From contig CM075989.1 in the NCBI GenBank assembly GCA_038087875.1, forward strand, positions 24,678,001-24,742,000: a DNA stretch of 64,000 nucleotides, read 5' to 3'. The notes beneath the pieces are model-generated. The model made no database searches. It saw nothing but the letters and a program-made list of their open reading frames with translations, and was not told the origin of the DNA. A program made the position numbers and the translations under genes. Positions within the stretch are counted from its first letter, which is position 1, and the number at the start of each line of letters is the position of its first letter. Below, piece after piece: positions 1-10,905 of this stretch. The stretch comes from Malacoraja senta. Taxonomy: Eukaryota.

Positions 1-385
1 TGCGGTGTACAGTACAGAGACAACGAAATGCAGTTAGCATCTCCCTAGAAGAGCGACATAAATATGAGCAATAAATAAATCTAATAAATCCTGGTGGGAG
101 GAGTGTCCGGGGGTGTGATTGGCAGTCACCGAGGTACAGTGTTGAGTAGTGTAACCGCCGCAGGGAAGAAGCTGTTCCTGGACCTGCTGGTCCGGCAACG
201 GAGAGACCTGTAGCGCCTCCCGGATGGTAGGAGGGTAAACAGTCTGTGGTTGGGGTGAGAGCAGTCCTTGGCGATGCTGAGCGCCCTTCGCAGACAACGC
301 TTGCTTTGGACAGACTCAATGGAGGGGAGTGAGGAACCGGTGATGCGTTGGGCAATTTTCACCACCGTCTGCAGTGCTTTCTGGT
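1..385 (-). mobile_element. Rex1/Babar-type non-LTR retrotransposon, 3' ORF fragment
   Basis: Minus-strand ORF 126-365 reads CLRRALSIAKDCSHPNHRLFTLLPSGRRYRSLRCRTSRSRNSFFPAAVTLLN, the typical Rex1/Babar C-terminal motif. Confidence 0.8.
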
Positions 386-1088
386 CTCAACCCCATTCCC
401 CATGCCTTCTCCCCATAACCTCTGACACCCGTACTAATCAGGAATCTATCTATCTCTGCATTAAATATATCCATTGACTGAGAAGGGGCGGAGGTAGAGA
501 GAGGCTGCAGCTACCACTGACAGCAACATGGGCATGTCCTGCCTTGACCTGCTTATGACTGGTTCAAATATGACGCCTGTATACTCGTTATCTCTTGTTG
601 AAACCTCAAGCTAATGACACCATCAGCCATTCACATAGGAAGGTCCCAAAAATGAAAGTACTAATGAGGGAGTTGCCAGCCAGAGGAACCTGCCAGAGCT
701 GCAGGGGTGGTACGGTTTAGCTCATACATTTTTTATTTTGTCATTTGAATTCATTTGCTGAGTTATGGTCTTATAACTCCTTTCTAAGCAGCTGTTAGTC
801 GCTATTTATTGGAAGACTGGTTTTAATGTTTATGAGTAATAAACATGTTCATTCTTTTATGAAGTGCCACATGATGCAGCAGTATATTGGTGTTAAAGGA
901 ACTCGCCCTAATCATTGCTGTCAGTTCCTGTTCCAGGGTGCTGTTTAAACTTGATTTAATTATATAGAATTGGCCAGTGGGGACAATAGCAACCGTGCAG
1001 GATGGATGTGCTGGAGTTTGGTCAGATTCTGAACACAGGAGTAGACCACTCAGCCCCTCAAGGCTGCTCTGCTACATAATAAAATCAA

Positions 1089-1385
1089 GGGGTGGCACGG
1101 TGGTGCAGCGGTGGAGTTGCTGCCTCAAAGAGCCAGAGACCTGAGTTCAATCCCGACTACGGGTGCTGTCTGTACAGAGTTTTTCTCTGTGTGACTGTGT
1201 GGGTTTTCTCCGGGTGCTCCGGTTTCCTCTCACATTCCAAAGATGTGCAGATTTGTAAGCTTCTGTCAATTGTTCCTTGTGTGTAGGATAGTGCAAATGT
1301 ACAGGTGATCAGTAGTCTGCATGGACTCAGTGGGCCATAGGGCTTGTTCCCACAGTGTATCTCCAAACTAAACTCAACTCAATTA
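1089..1385 (+). mobile_element. tRNA-derived V-SINE (HE1-like)
   Basis: tRNA-like head GGCACGGTGGTGCAGCGGT...GAGTTCAATCC, V-domain GGGTTTTCTCCGGGTGCTCCGGTTTCCTC, CR1-like tail ending CTAAACT repeats. Confidence 0.85.
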
Positions 1386-1719
1386 AATAATCCAAATTAA
1401 CAAGGAAAACAGTTTCATCTCTGTGAAATGTTGTCAATAATGCAAACTTTTCCCAGAAATGTCCAGGTGTGAGTTGCTTTTCTCCAGTCAGGGAGCATGT
1501 TTCAGAAGCAATTAAGTTAACACTTGTCACTTCACTCGAGAGAATGGAAAGTCTGCACCATAACTGAAGAGAGTGTGACAGGACCAGGGGGAGGAATTGG
1601 CTTCTTGGAGGAGATCCAGAATATTTCTTTCAATTCCGTTCTCCAGAGGTGACTGGGCTGATAACCAACCCGGAGGCTGAACTGAGCTGCCCTTTATATG
1701 CAACAGTCTTGTGTCGTGT

Positions 1720-1861
1720 GTGGGAAGGAACTGCAGGTGCTGGTTTAAACCAAAGATAGACACAAAAAGCTGGAGTAACTCAGCGGGACAGGCAGCATCT
1801 CTGGAGAGAAGGAATGGATGACGTTTGGGGTCGAGACCCTTCTTCAGACTAGTTAGGGAGG
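1720..1861 (-). mobile_element. Penelope-like element terminal repeat with degenerate hammerhead motif
   Basis: Minus strand CTGAAGAAGGGTCTCGACCCCAAACGTC (GAAA changed to CAAA); flanked by CTTGTGTCGTGT/CTCGTGTCATGT, a probable decayed TSD. Confidence 0.75.
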
Positions 1862-2946
1862 CTCGTGTCATGTTTAACTCCGTTTAGAACCATTCTAACC
1901 TTCAACATTGATGTATTTATTAGGAAAAATAAAGTTATAATTATCTGAAAATAAGGTTTATTTATTAAATTATTTATTAGTGAAGATGCAGCAGTCACGA
2001 TGACAGCATGTCCTAAAGTGCTTTCTTGGCAAAACGAGTACTATTGGTCTCTGTGTATTGCCCCTGGAGTGTATGGGGAGGTGGGATAGAATCCCAGAAA
2101 GAGTCATAGAGTGATACAGCGTGGAAACAGGCCCAACGGCCCAACTTGCTCACACCGACCAACGTGTACTAGCTACCCTAGTCCCACCTGCCCTCATTTG
2201 GCCCACAGCCCTTCTAAACCTATCCTATCCATGTACCTGTCCAAATATGGTTCACACAACTATCAGCTTGTGAAAGTACCTTCATTAACTCCTGCCTCAA
2301 TAGCATAGAACTCGTGTGGACGGGAGATTGACGGTCAGTATGGATTTAGTGGGCCGAAAGGACTTTTCCATTCCGCATCTCTAAACTAAACTAAACTGAA
2401 GTAAAACATTAAAATGCTGACAACACCTTCGACGTGAAATGTTGATGTTTTCTCTTCCTGTCTTCCTGTTGAAGTAACATCTCTGGTACTCAGACGCTGC
2501 CTGACTTGCTGAGAGTTTCCAGTAGTTCCTGTTTTTGTAATTCAGATTTCAAGCACCTGTGACTTAGATTATCAAGTACTCTAGAACCAACGTTGTAATG
2601 GTTTAGGATTAAGTTTATTATTATCATGTGTATCGAGCTGCAGTGAAAAGCTTTGTCTTGTAGGCTATCGAAACAGATCAGATACACAATATATAAATAC
2701 AAATAGGTCAAACTCAACTACAATCTTATAGAAACATACAATTCTTAAACGGTTGGACAGGCTAGATGCAGGAAAAAGGTTCCCAATGTAGGGGGAGTCC
2801 AGAACAAGGGGTCACAGTTTAAAATAAAACGCACAAATATGTAAAACTACGGTATATGTAATATGCCCAAATTGATGTGGAGTCCCACAGAAACAAGCCA
2901 TTTGTCCAAAGATCTCTGCTGAGGTTAGTGTTTTCCTCCTCATTGG

Positions 2947-3428
2947 TGGGTGACAGCGCAGCGGTAGAGTTGCTGCCTCACAACGTCAGAGACCCAAATT
3001 CCATCTCAACAACGGGTGCTGTCTGTACGGAGTTTATGTTTGTAAGTTTTCAAGAGAGGTTAGATTTATTTCTTAGGGCTAAGGGAATCAAGGGATATTG
3101 GGGAAAAAGCTGGAACGGGGTACTTATTTTGGATGATCAGCTATGATTATATTGAATGGTGGTGCTGGCTCAAAGGGCCGAATGGCCTACACCTGCACCT
3201 ATTTTCTAAGCTCTCCCCGTGACCTGCATGGGTTTTCTCTGAGATCTTCGGTTTCCTCCCACAGTCCAAAGACGTGTGGGTTTGTAGGTTAATTGGCTTG
3301 GTGTAAATGTAAATTGCCCCTAGTGTGTGTAGGATAGTGTTAATATGTGAGGATCACTGGTCAGTGTGGACTCAGTGGGCAGAAGGGCCTGTTTCCGTGC
3401 TGTATCACTAACCTAAACTAAACTAAAA
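2947..3428 (+). mobile_element. V-SINE interrupted by a CR1 3' end (~3040-3210)
   Basis: SINE head and V-domain/tail are separated by CR1 3'UTR sequence GGATGATCAGCTATGATTATATTGAATGG. Confidence 0.8.
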
Positions 3429-3705
3429 ATCTCTCATCCACCATTCAACCACAAAGCTAACTGCTCTCCCCTCCCCTCCCACATGGACTTTTGTCTGCAC
3501 ATTAACTGCACCAATAGTCTTCACCTCAACTCCTCCTTACATGACAGATTCCACTCTTTCATCACACTTTGGGTTGTTTCCAAATTCCTTCTTTGGTTTC
3601 TCGCTGATTATCATGAGCTGGTGTCCTTTGATTTTTGATTTTTCCACATTCCTGCCAGTGTTCTCATCATTAAAACCTTTCAGAATTTAAAGGACTACTC
3701 GGTCG

Positions 3706-3842
3706 TCTTCTTCTTGCGTGTGGCGTGCACAGCCTAAAGTTGTAAGACAACTTCTTCTGTTTGATCTTCTGTTTGTGCACGCCAGGTTGATTGCATTCGT
3801 TGAAACAGGGTGGACCACGTGAAGGTTGCAATCTCCCACCCC
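3706..3842 (-). mobile_element. Short non-autonomous retroelement with 5' HDV-like ribozyme, 3' stem-loop and (AAG)n tail; possibly Ingi/Vingi- or RTE-dependent
   Basis: Minus strand starts at the ribozyme G1, has an 11-bp inverted repeat (3721-3731/3774-3784) and ends CGCAAGAAGAAGA. Confidence 0.65.
3789..3842 (-). ncRNA. Minimal HDV-like (CPEB3-type) self-cleaving ribozyme motif
   Basis: P1 GGGGUGG/CCACCCU with G1-U wobble; P2 GAUUGCA/UGCAAUC; P3 ACC/GGU; L3 UUCACGU; GU after P1; J4/2 CGAA; P4 reduced to UUCAA. Confidence 0.85.
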
Positions 3843-4436
3843 TTCATCTCTCAGCTTTTCCTTTTTGCCAGAATAATGACCCAGTCTCTGAATCTTTTCC
3901 TGACAGACATAACTGCAGGTTTCTTCTTTCATTCCCATCGAAACCCAACCTAAGGCTCGGTATCTGTTCAGTAATCGAGGGCAGTTCACTCTACGTCAAA
4001 CATGGTCTAAACAAGATTCACAACAAGTTTATTACAGTTTGTTTTTAAATTAATTTCTATCTCCATAATAATTCCATGTCAATGTTTTTTAAGGTCTTAT
4101 TAACCTGTGTAACTTCTCTTAGAGACTTGTGTATATGTAGAGCAGGAAACATTTTTTCCATTTATCTTCATTGGACTCCTTCTTTCCTTCTTTATTTTTC
4201 TTGCCAAAAAGCAATCAAAGGCTGAGGGGTTTATCTCCTGCGATTCATTGGCCAATGTAAGTTTATTAATACCTTTTTGTATGTTATGGTAGTCCTCCTT
4301 AATACTGACCATCAATCACATGTGTCTCTTTTATCTTTATAGTTTCATTTGTCTTAAGCTAGTTTTTGTTCATTTAGCAGAATATTTTATCCAAGATCGG
4401 AGGGAGGGAGGGAGGGAGAGAGAGAGAGAGAGAGAG

Positions 4437-4762
4437 CGGGTAAAGTTGCTGCCTCACAGCACCAGAGACCCGGGGTCGATCCTGACCATGTGTGCTGTCT
4501 GTGTGGAGTTTGCACATTCTTCCTGTGACCACATGGGTTTTCTCCAGGTGCTCCGGTTTCCTCTCATATCCCAAAGACGTGCGGGTTTGTAGGTTAATTG
4601 GCTTCTGTATATCGCCCTGAGGGTGTAGGGAGTGGATGAGAAAGTGGGATAAAGTAGAAGTGAATGGGGAATCTGGGCCAAAGGGCCTGTTTCCATGCTA
4701 GATCTCCTTAACTAAAGGAAAACTTAAATAATACTAACCTTAACTAAATAAACTAAACTAAC
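4437..4762 (+). mobile_element. V-SINE, 5' end abutting a (GA)n tract
   Basis: GCGGGTAAAGTTGCTGCCTCACAGCACCAGAGACCCGGGGTCGATCC, V-domain and CTAAA-type tail. Confidence 0.8.
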
Positions 4763-5211
4763 CGTTATGGTTAGATAAAGAAGGTGGAAGACATCTGTAT
4801 TGAATGCAACCACTGGCCCAGACCAGAGGAGTGAATGGTCAGTTTCTACAATATTTAATTGTGTTTCAATGTAGCTAAAACATACCTCATTTACAGAGAA
4901 TTGTTATTCAAAGCTCAGTCAAGGGTAAGAAAGAGTATATTGTTTCTCCAGAGAAATGCCACACTCGCTTAAAACCCTTCCCCCTTCCATATTTCAACAC
5001 TTTTTCCAGTATGGCTGTGGTTTTACTACTCATTAAAAGCCTTAAAATATCAGTCAAGTACACTTCCCAGAGAGGAAAAGGAAACTGTGAATAAGATGTA
5101 ACCATGGTCAGGCCATTATTTACTGCAGTGAGAGTATTCATAGCAGGTCAGTGGGAACAATGGTCCAGAAGCGAACATCCATTATGCATGTCTTTCTCAA
5201 GCCACAGTCCC

Positions 5212-5630
5212 CAGGCACGGAAATCGCTATCAAAACATGTGGGGGGGACACAATTTCTTGGCGGCCGCGCGCATGCGCACACACGTGAGACTTCGTCCGT
5301 GGGCCCTGTGGACGGTAACATTGAGAGCTGACCTGGTTGGTGACCGACTCCGAACTCTAGCAACAGCAGTTTCGTCCACCCCGAATCGTGGGGCTTGAAT
5401 CGGCCCGTTCACGGGGGCTTTCATCGGCCAGCGGGGGCTTCAACATCGGGAGCCTCGATCGCCTCGATGCAGCAGTTTGTCTTTAAGCCACGCCGGACGC
5501 TGAGATTCAGCCCTTAGAAAGTGGCTGATAAAGTCCGGATTACAGAACATGGGGGGGTCGTCCCCCACCTCTCAAAGCAGGGGGGGGGACGTGTGTCCCC
5601 TGCCCCCCCCCCCCAGGATTTCCGCCCATG
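5212..5630. mobile_element. hAT-like MITE
   Basis: Imperfect TIRs CAGGCACGGAAATC / GATTTCCGCCCATG; 8-bp TSD ACAGTCCC (5204-5211) / GCAGTCCC (5631-5638); related copy at 26682. Confidence 0.75.
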
Positions 5631-5892
5631 GCAGTCCCGATGGGTGGGATGGACTGAAGTCATGGGAATGGGGATTATTGGTCCATGGAGAATCTGGGCC
5701 GAAGGGCTTGTTTCCATGCTAGATCTCTTTAACTAAAGGAAAACTTAACTTATACTAACCTTAATTAAATAACTAAACTAAAAGTTAAACAAAGCAGAAG
5801 ATAGATACAGAGTGCTGGAGTAACTCAGCGGGTCAGGCAGCATCTGTGGAGAACATGGATAGGTGACATTTTAGATGGAGACCCTTCCCCAG

Positions 5893-6153
5893 TTTCAGTT
5901 TAGTTTATTGTCACGTGTACCGAGGTACAGTGAAAAGCTTTTGTTGCGTGCTAACCAGTCAGCAGAAAGACAATACATGATTACGATCAAGCCATTTACA
6001 GTGTATAGATACATGATGAGGGAATAACGTTTAGTGCAAAGTAAAGCCAGCAGAGTCCAATCAAGGATAGTCCGAGCATCACCAAAGATGTAGATAGTTG
6101 TTCAGTATTGGTCTCTGGTTGTGGTAGGATGATTCAGTTACCTGATAACAGCT
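5893..6153 (-). mobile_element. LINE 3' end (Rex1/L2-type tail)
   Basis: Terminal stem-loop TCACTGTACCTCGGTACACGTGACAATAAA on minus strand; similar tails near 2600-2725, 6820-6880, 9208-9345, 22430-22480 and 40205-40275. Confidence 0.6.
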
Positions 6154-7187
6154 CTTCAGGTCAAAGCATATGGACCAACAGCCAATCTGAAAGCACCATG
6201 GATGGAATCCCTGATATAGAAGGCTGACCCACTCAGATGTAAGTTGATGATTACAAGTATATTGCAACTGCCAACTAACCATATGTGATTTGTGCCAAGG
6301 ATACCTAGATCCCTCTGTACTTCTGCCATCTATAAGACATAGGAGCACAGTAGTGCAATGGTACAGTTGCTGTCTTACAGCGCCAGAGACCCAGGTTTGA
6401 TCCTGGCTACAGCTGTTGTTTTTACATAGTTTGTACATTCTCTCTGTGGCCGTGTGGGTTTTCCCTCCATCTTTGCCAGAATCATCTTTGCCTCGTTTCT
6501 TGAACAAGATCATGAAGATGTTACCGTTATCCTTCATGCCAGCCTGGAGGACAAGGTAGTTAATTTATTTCTGAGTTATTTTGCTGCCATGGTTCAAAAC
6601 TTCAGAAGAGATGCTGTGTAAACTTACCCTGTTCATTTGACTGCGGATCCACCTTGCAACTCTGTGGGACATGAACTCATCTACCATCTACATTGGCGCT
6701 GACTGGCAATGCTTCCATGTTACAGCTTCATTCACGTATTCAAACCCATCTCATGCTTTGTCTTTCTATTTTTATGGAACCTCCTCCAGCCCACAGCATC
6801 ACGATGTGTTGGTATTGCTATTGGTTGATATTTGTCACATGTACCAAGGTACAGTGCAAAGCTTTTGTTTGTGTGATGTTGAATTAAATCTGAAAATACT
6901 GTCATAGGGTCAGAGAATAATAGATTAATACAGCATGGAAACAGGCCCTTCAGCCCAACTCATCCATGCTGACCAAGATGCCCATCTGAACTAATCCCAC
7001 TTGCCAGTGTTTGGCCCATATCTCTCTAAACTTTCCTATTTATATACCTGTCCAAATAGTGTCGGAGATGCTGTCACAGCTGCCTCAAGCACTTTCTCTG
7101 ACAGGTCAAAGTCATCTATGACCCCCCTCCTCCGCTATCCAGAAACAAGAATAGAGGTGGATGTATCAAGTACAAAGAGGCAGTTAC

Positions 7188-7206
7188 TGGCCACCAGGAG
7201 GAGCAA
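7188..7206 (+). promoter_or_regulatory. Candidate CTCF-binding motif
   Basis: TGGCCACCAGGAGGAGCAA matches 16 of 19 positions of the CTCF consensus TGGCCACCAGGGGGCGCTA, in non-repetitive-looking sequence. Confidence 0.3.
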
Positions 7207-7215
7207 TTGGAAGAC

Positions 7216-7650
7216 CTTTAGACTTTAGATATGCAGTGTGGAAACACGGTCTTCGTCCCACCAAGTCTGCGCCGACCAGCGATCACCCCGAACCCTCGCA
7301 TTATCCTACACACTTGGGGCAATTTACTATTTTTTTTACCAAAGCCAAATAATCTACAAACCTGCACATCTTTGGAATGTGGGAGGAAGCCACAGTCCCA
7401 GATTGGATCTTGACTACGGGTGCTGTCTGTACGGAGTTTGTACGTTCCCCCTGTGACCGTGTGGGTTTTCTCTGGGTGCTCCGGTTTCCTCCTATATTCC
7501 CAAGTCATACAGGCTTGTAGGGTAATTGGCTTCTGTAAATTGCCCCTCGTGTGTAGGATAGAACTAGTGTACGGGGTGATCGCTGGTCGGTGTGGACTCA
7601 ATGGGCCGAAGGGCCTGTTTCAATGCTGCATCTCTACACTAAACTAAACT
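7216..7650. mobile_element. Inverted pair of 5'-truncated V-SINEs
   Basis: Minus copy ~7216-7390 followed by plus copy ~7408-7650, with tails pointing outward. Confidence 0.75.
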
Positions 7651-8088
7651 TGTGTACTGGAATCTTACTGCACTGCGATTTGCTGCTTGGTTTTCCAACT
7701 ATTTAGGGTATCCACTAATAACCCGCTGTGATACTGATGCCACACTCTGTGAATAAATGAATACATTCCATTAGATCGCACATTTATGGAAAGCGATGCA
7801 AACTCTCCCGAAAGGCTAATTTTCCTCTGGCAGCCTGCTTGATGAAAGGTTAATAAACCACAAATTTACGACTCCTGTGTGAAGCCATGTCTGGACCCGT
7901 GCCTAGTCAGTCTCTTATATAATCTTTGCTATTAGTCAAAACCTCCCAGTTATTTTCTATTTTTGGGGTGACATAGGCTCATGCGGCCAGACAACACCTG
8001 CTGTTTACAAAGGTTGTCCACTGTATTTAGTAACTTCCTTATCTGCAGCCTTCACAGAGCCAACAAAACCATTCTCAAACTCTGTCGA

Positions 8089-8435
8089 CTAGAGATACAG
8101 CATGAAAACAGGCCCTTCGGCCCACCAAGTCCATGCCGACAAGCGATCACCTTGTACACTAGCACAATCCTACACCCAATGGACAATTTACAAATTACAG
8201 AAGCCAATTCACCTACAAACCTGCATCTTCTGCCTGGGACCGTGTGGGTTTTCTCCGGGAACTCCGGTTTCCTCCGACATTCCAAAGCTGTGCAGGTTTG
8301 TAGGTGAATTGGCTTCTGTAAATTTCCCCTAGTGTGTAGGGTAGAACTAGTGTACGGGGTGATCACTGGTCGGCGCAGACTCAATGGGCCAAAGGACCTG
8401 TTTCCACGCAGTATCTCTACGTTAAGCTAACTTAA
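8089..8435. mobile_element. Inverted pair of 5'-truncated V-SINEs
   Basis: Minus copy ~8089-8226 followed by plus copy ~8235-8435. Confidence 0.75.
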
Positions 8436-8617
8436 ACCTGTTCCTTCTTTTGTCTCCTCTTTCTCTAACTGCCTGTCAATATTTTAACCAGAAAACGGCA
8501 ACCATTGAAATCACTTCAATGACCCTGGATTCTGAATATCAGACACTCTTCATCTGACCCATTCCTCCACCAGTGTCTGCAGCTTAAAAACCAACAGTCA
8601 CTAACTTAAAACATTAA

Positions 8618-8743
8618 GTCTGAAGAAGGCTCTCGACCCGAAATGTCACCTATTCCTTCGCTCCATAGATGCTGCCTCACCCGCTGAGTTTCTCCAGCAT
8701 TTTATCTACCTTCGACTTCTCCAGCATCTGCAGTTCCTTCTTA
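8618..8743 (+). mobile_element. Penelope-like terminal repeat insertion
   Basis: Begins GTCTGAAGAAGGCTCTCGACCCGAAATGTC; 15-bp TSD AACTTAAAACATTAA (8603-8617) / AACTTAGAACATTAA (8744-8758). Confidence 0.8.
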
Positions 8744-10255
8744 AACTTAGAACATTAACTCTGTTTCTCTTTCCCCAGATACTACCCGACATGATGAGTG
8801 TTTCCTACATTTAAACTTTTCTTTCAATGGAGAGAGCATTGGAGAACAAAAGTCTTCTTTAATTAATTGTCTACTAAAGCCTTCAAGTGAGTTTAGTCTA
8901 CATCTTTCAACTCCTCCACTTTATATTGTGGAGAAGATTCCCAGCGGGAAGTTCATTTCCTTGGCCCAGAAATTTACTTTCTCAAGTAAAAACCCTGCCC
9001 GTGAAATCTTTGGAGCTTAGAAATGATAGACATAGAGAGGATGCAATGGAGATTTACTCGAGTGGTCTCCAGTTGTAAGACTTCAGTTATGCTGCGGCAC
9101 TGAGGAAATTGGGATTGTTCTTCTCAGCGGAAATTTAACAGGTTTAATCAAAACCTTGAAGACTTCTTGAAGAGAGTAAATGGAGAGAAACTGTTTCCAG
9201 TGGCATATTTTAGTTTAATTTATTGTCACTTGTATTGAGGTACAGCGAAAAGCTATTTTGTTGTGTGTTGCCAGTCAGAGGAAAGACTATACATACTTAC
9301 AACAAGAAGCCCACAGTGTTCAGATACAGGATTAAAAAGTGCTGCTTTTGGAGTAGAGGTTTTAAAGAGTGGAGCGATTGTAAGGAATAATTGCAGATAC
9401 AGAGGAAACCGGAGCACCCGGAGAAAACCCACGCAGGTCACAGGGAGAACGTACAAATTCCGTTCAGGCAGCACCCGTAGCCAGGATTGAACCCGGGTCT
9501 CTGGCGCTGTGAGGCAGTAACTCTACCGCTGTGCCACCGCACCGATCTTAGAGGTGTCCTCATGCAGAACTCCATTTCACTTTACAGAGAGTGGTGGTGA
9601 ATTATATTTCTTCTAACTAGAGGGAATTATGTAGCGATTGATATTAGCACCTCTGCTTTTCTTCTTAAATATTTAAGCTGGAATGTAGTATAAGGAGTAC
9701 GAGTGCAGATGTTACAGCACTTGGGGGAAGATGCAGAATAATAAGCAGGGGAGTTCTGACCTTTGGGAGAGCACAGACTGTGAAATGGACGTGAAAGATA
9801 CATTTTAATTCACTCCAGATGTAGCTGCAGAAAGACGGAGCACGATATATATCGTCCAATCTTGAGGGGATGCAGTGTGGGCACATTTTCATGAAATCCG
9901 CAATGATTTGAAGGATAATCTAGTGAGCTTATTAAAAAAATATTGGTGCCTTCAAAGGTCAGACATGGGGACTATTTTTGCACGACATGTCAGTTTCAAT
10001 AAAAAATAAAACATAAAAATATATTGGTGATTTACAGTCAGTTGCACAGGTCTGCAATTTTTCTTCTAGGTTCTCTGCATCCGACATGTTAAGTGGTAAT
10101 TGGACGTACATTTGAGAGAATAATCGCACGTGTGTGGGAAAAGAGCAGTGAAATGGAGCAGAAGGGATTGCTTTACGTGGAGCTGGTCCTGGGCCGATGG
10201 TCTGACCAATCTCCTTGTGCCTCATCAGAGTTTGAAGGTTTTATGATCGTTTGGA

Positions 10256-10905
10256 TTAATTTAGAGCTACAGCGTGGAAACAGGCCCTTCGGCCCATCGA
10301 GTCTGCACTGACCAGTGATCCCCGCACATTAACACCATCCTACACCCACTAGGGACAATTTTTACATTTACCAAGCCAATTAACCTACAAACTTGTACGT
10401 CTTTAGAGTGTGGGAGGAAACCGAAGATCTAGGAGAAACCCACGTGGTCACGGGGAGAACGTACAAACTCCGTACAGACAGCACCCGTAGTCGGGATTGA
10501 ACCCGGGTCTCTGGCGCTGCAAGCGCTGTCAGGCAGCAACTCTACCGCTGCGCCACCGTGTCGAGTGTAGAAGAAAGATGGCCAAACATTCCAGTTCCAG
10601 AATATCCACAGGGAACAGGGCGGCACGGTGGCGCAGCGGTAAAGTTGCTGCCTCGCAATGCCAGAGACCCAGGTTCAATCCTGACTAAAGGTGCTGCCTG
10701 TACGGAGTTAGTACCTTCTCCCCATGGCCGCGTGGATTTTCTCCGGGCGCTCTGGTTTCCTCCTATACTCCAAAGACGTTCCGGTTTGTAGGTTAATTGT
10801 TATTAGTAAAAAATTGTAAATCGTCCCTATTGAGTATGATAGTGCTAATGTACGGTGAACGCTGGTTGAAGGGCCTGTTTCTGTGCTGTATCTCCAATGT
10901 AAACC
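10256..10905. mobile_element. Two near full-length V-SINEs, head-to-head
   Basis: Minus copy ~10256-10560 and plus copy ~10617-10905, both with tRNA-like head, V-domain and tail. Confidence 0.85.

Noticed and set aside
4141..4256. Possible exon with a hydrophobic peptide and GTAAGT donor
   Set aside because: Hydrophobicity follows from T-rich sequence; poor acceptor and no recognised protein
6480..6555. Possible exon encoding IIFASFLEQDHEDVTVILHASLEDK
   Set aside because: The acceptor tract comes partly from a SINE, the donor is weak and I recognise no homology
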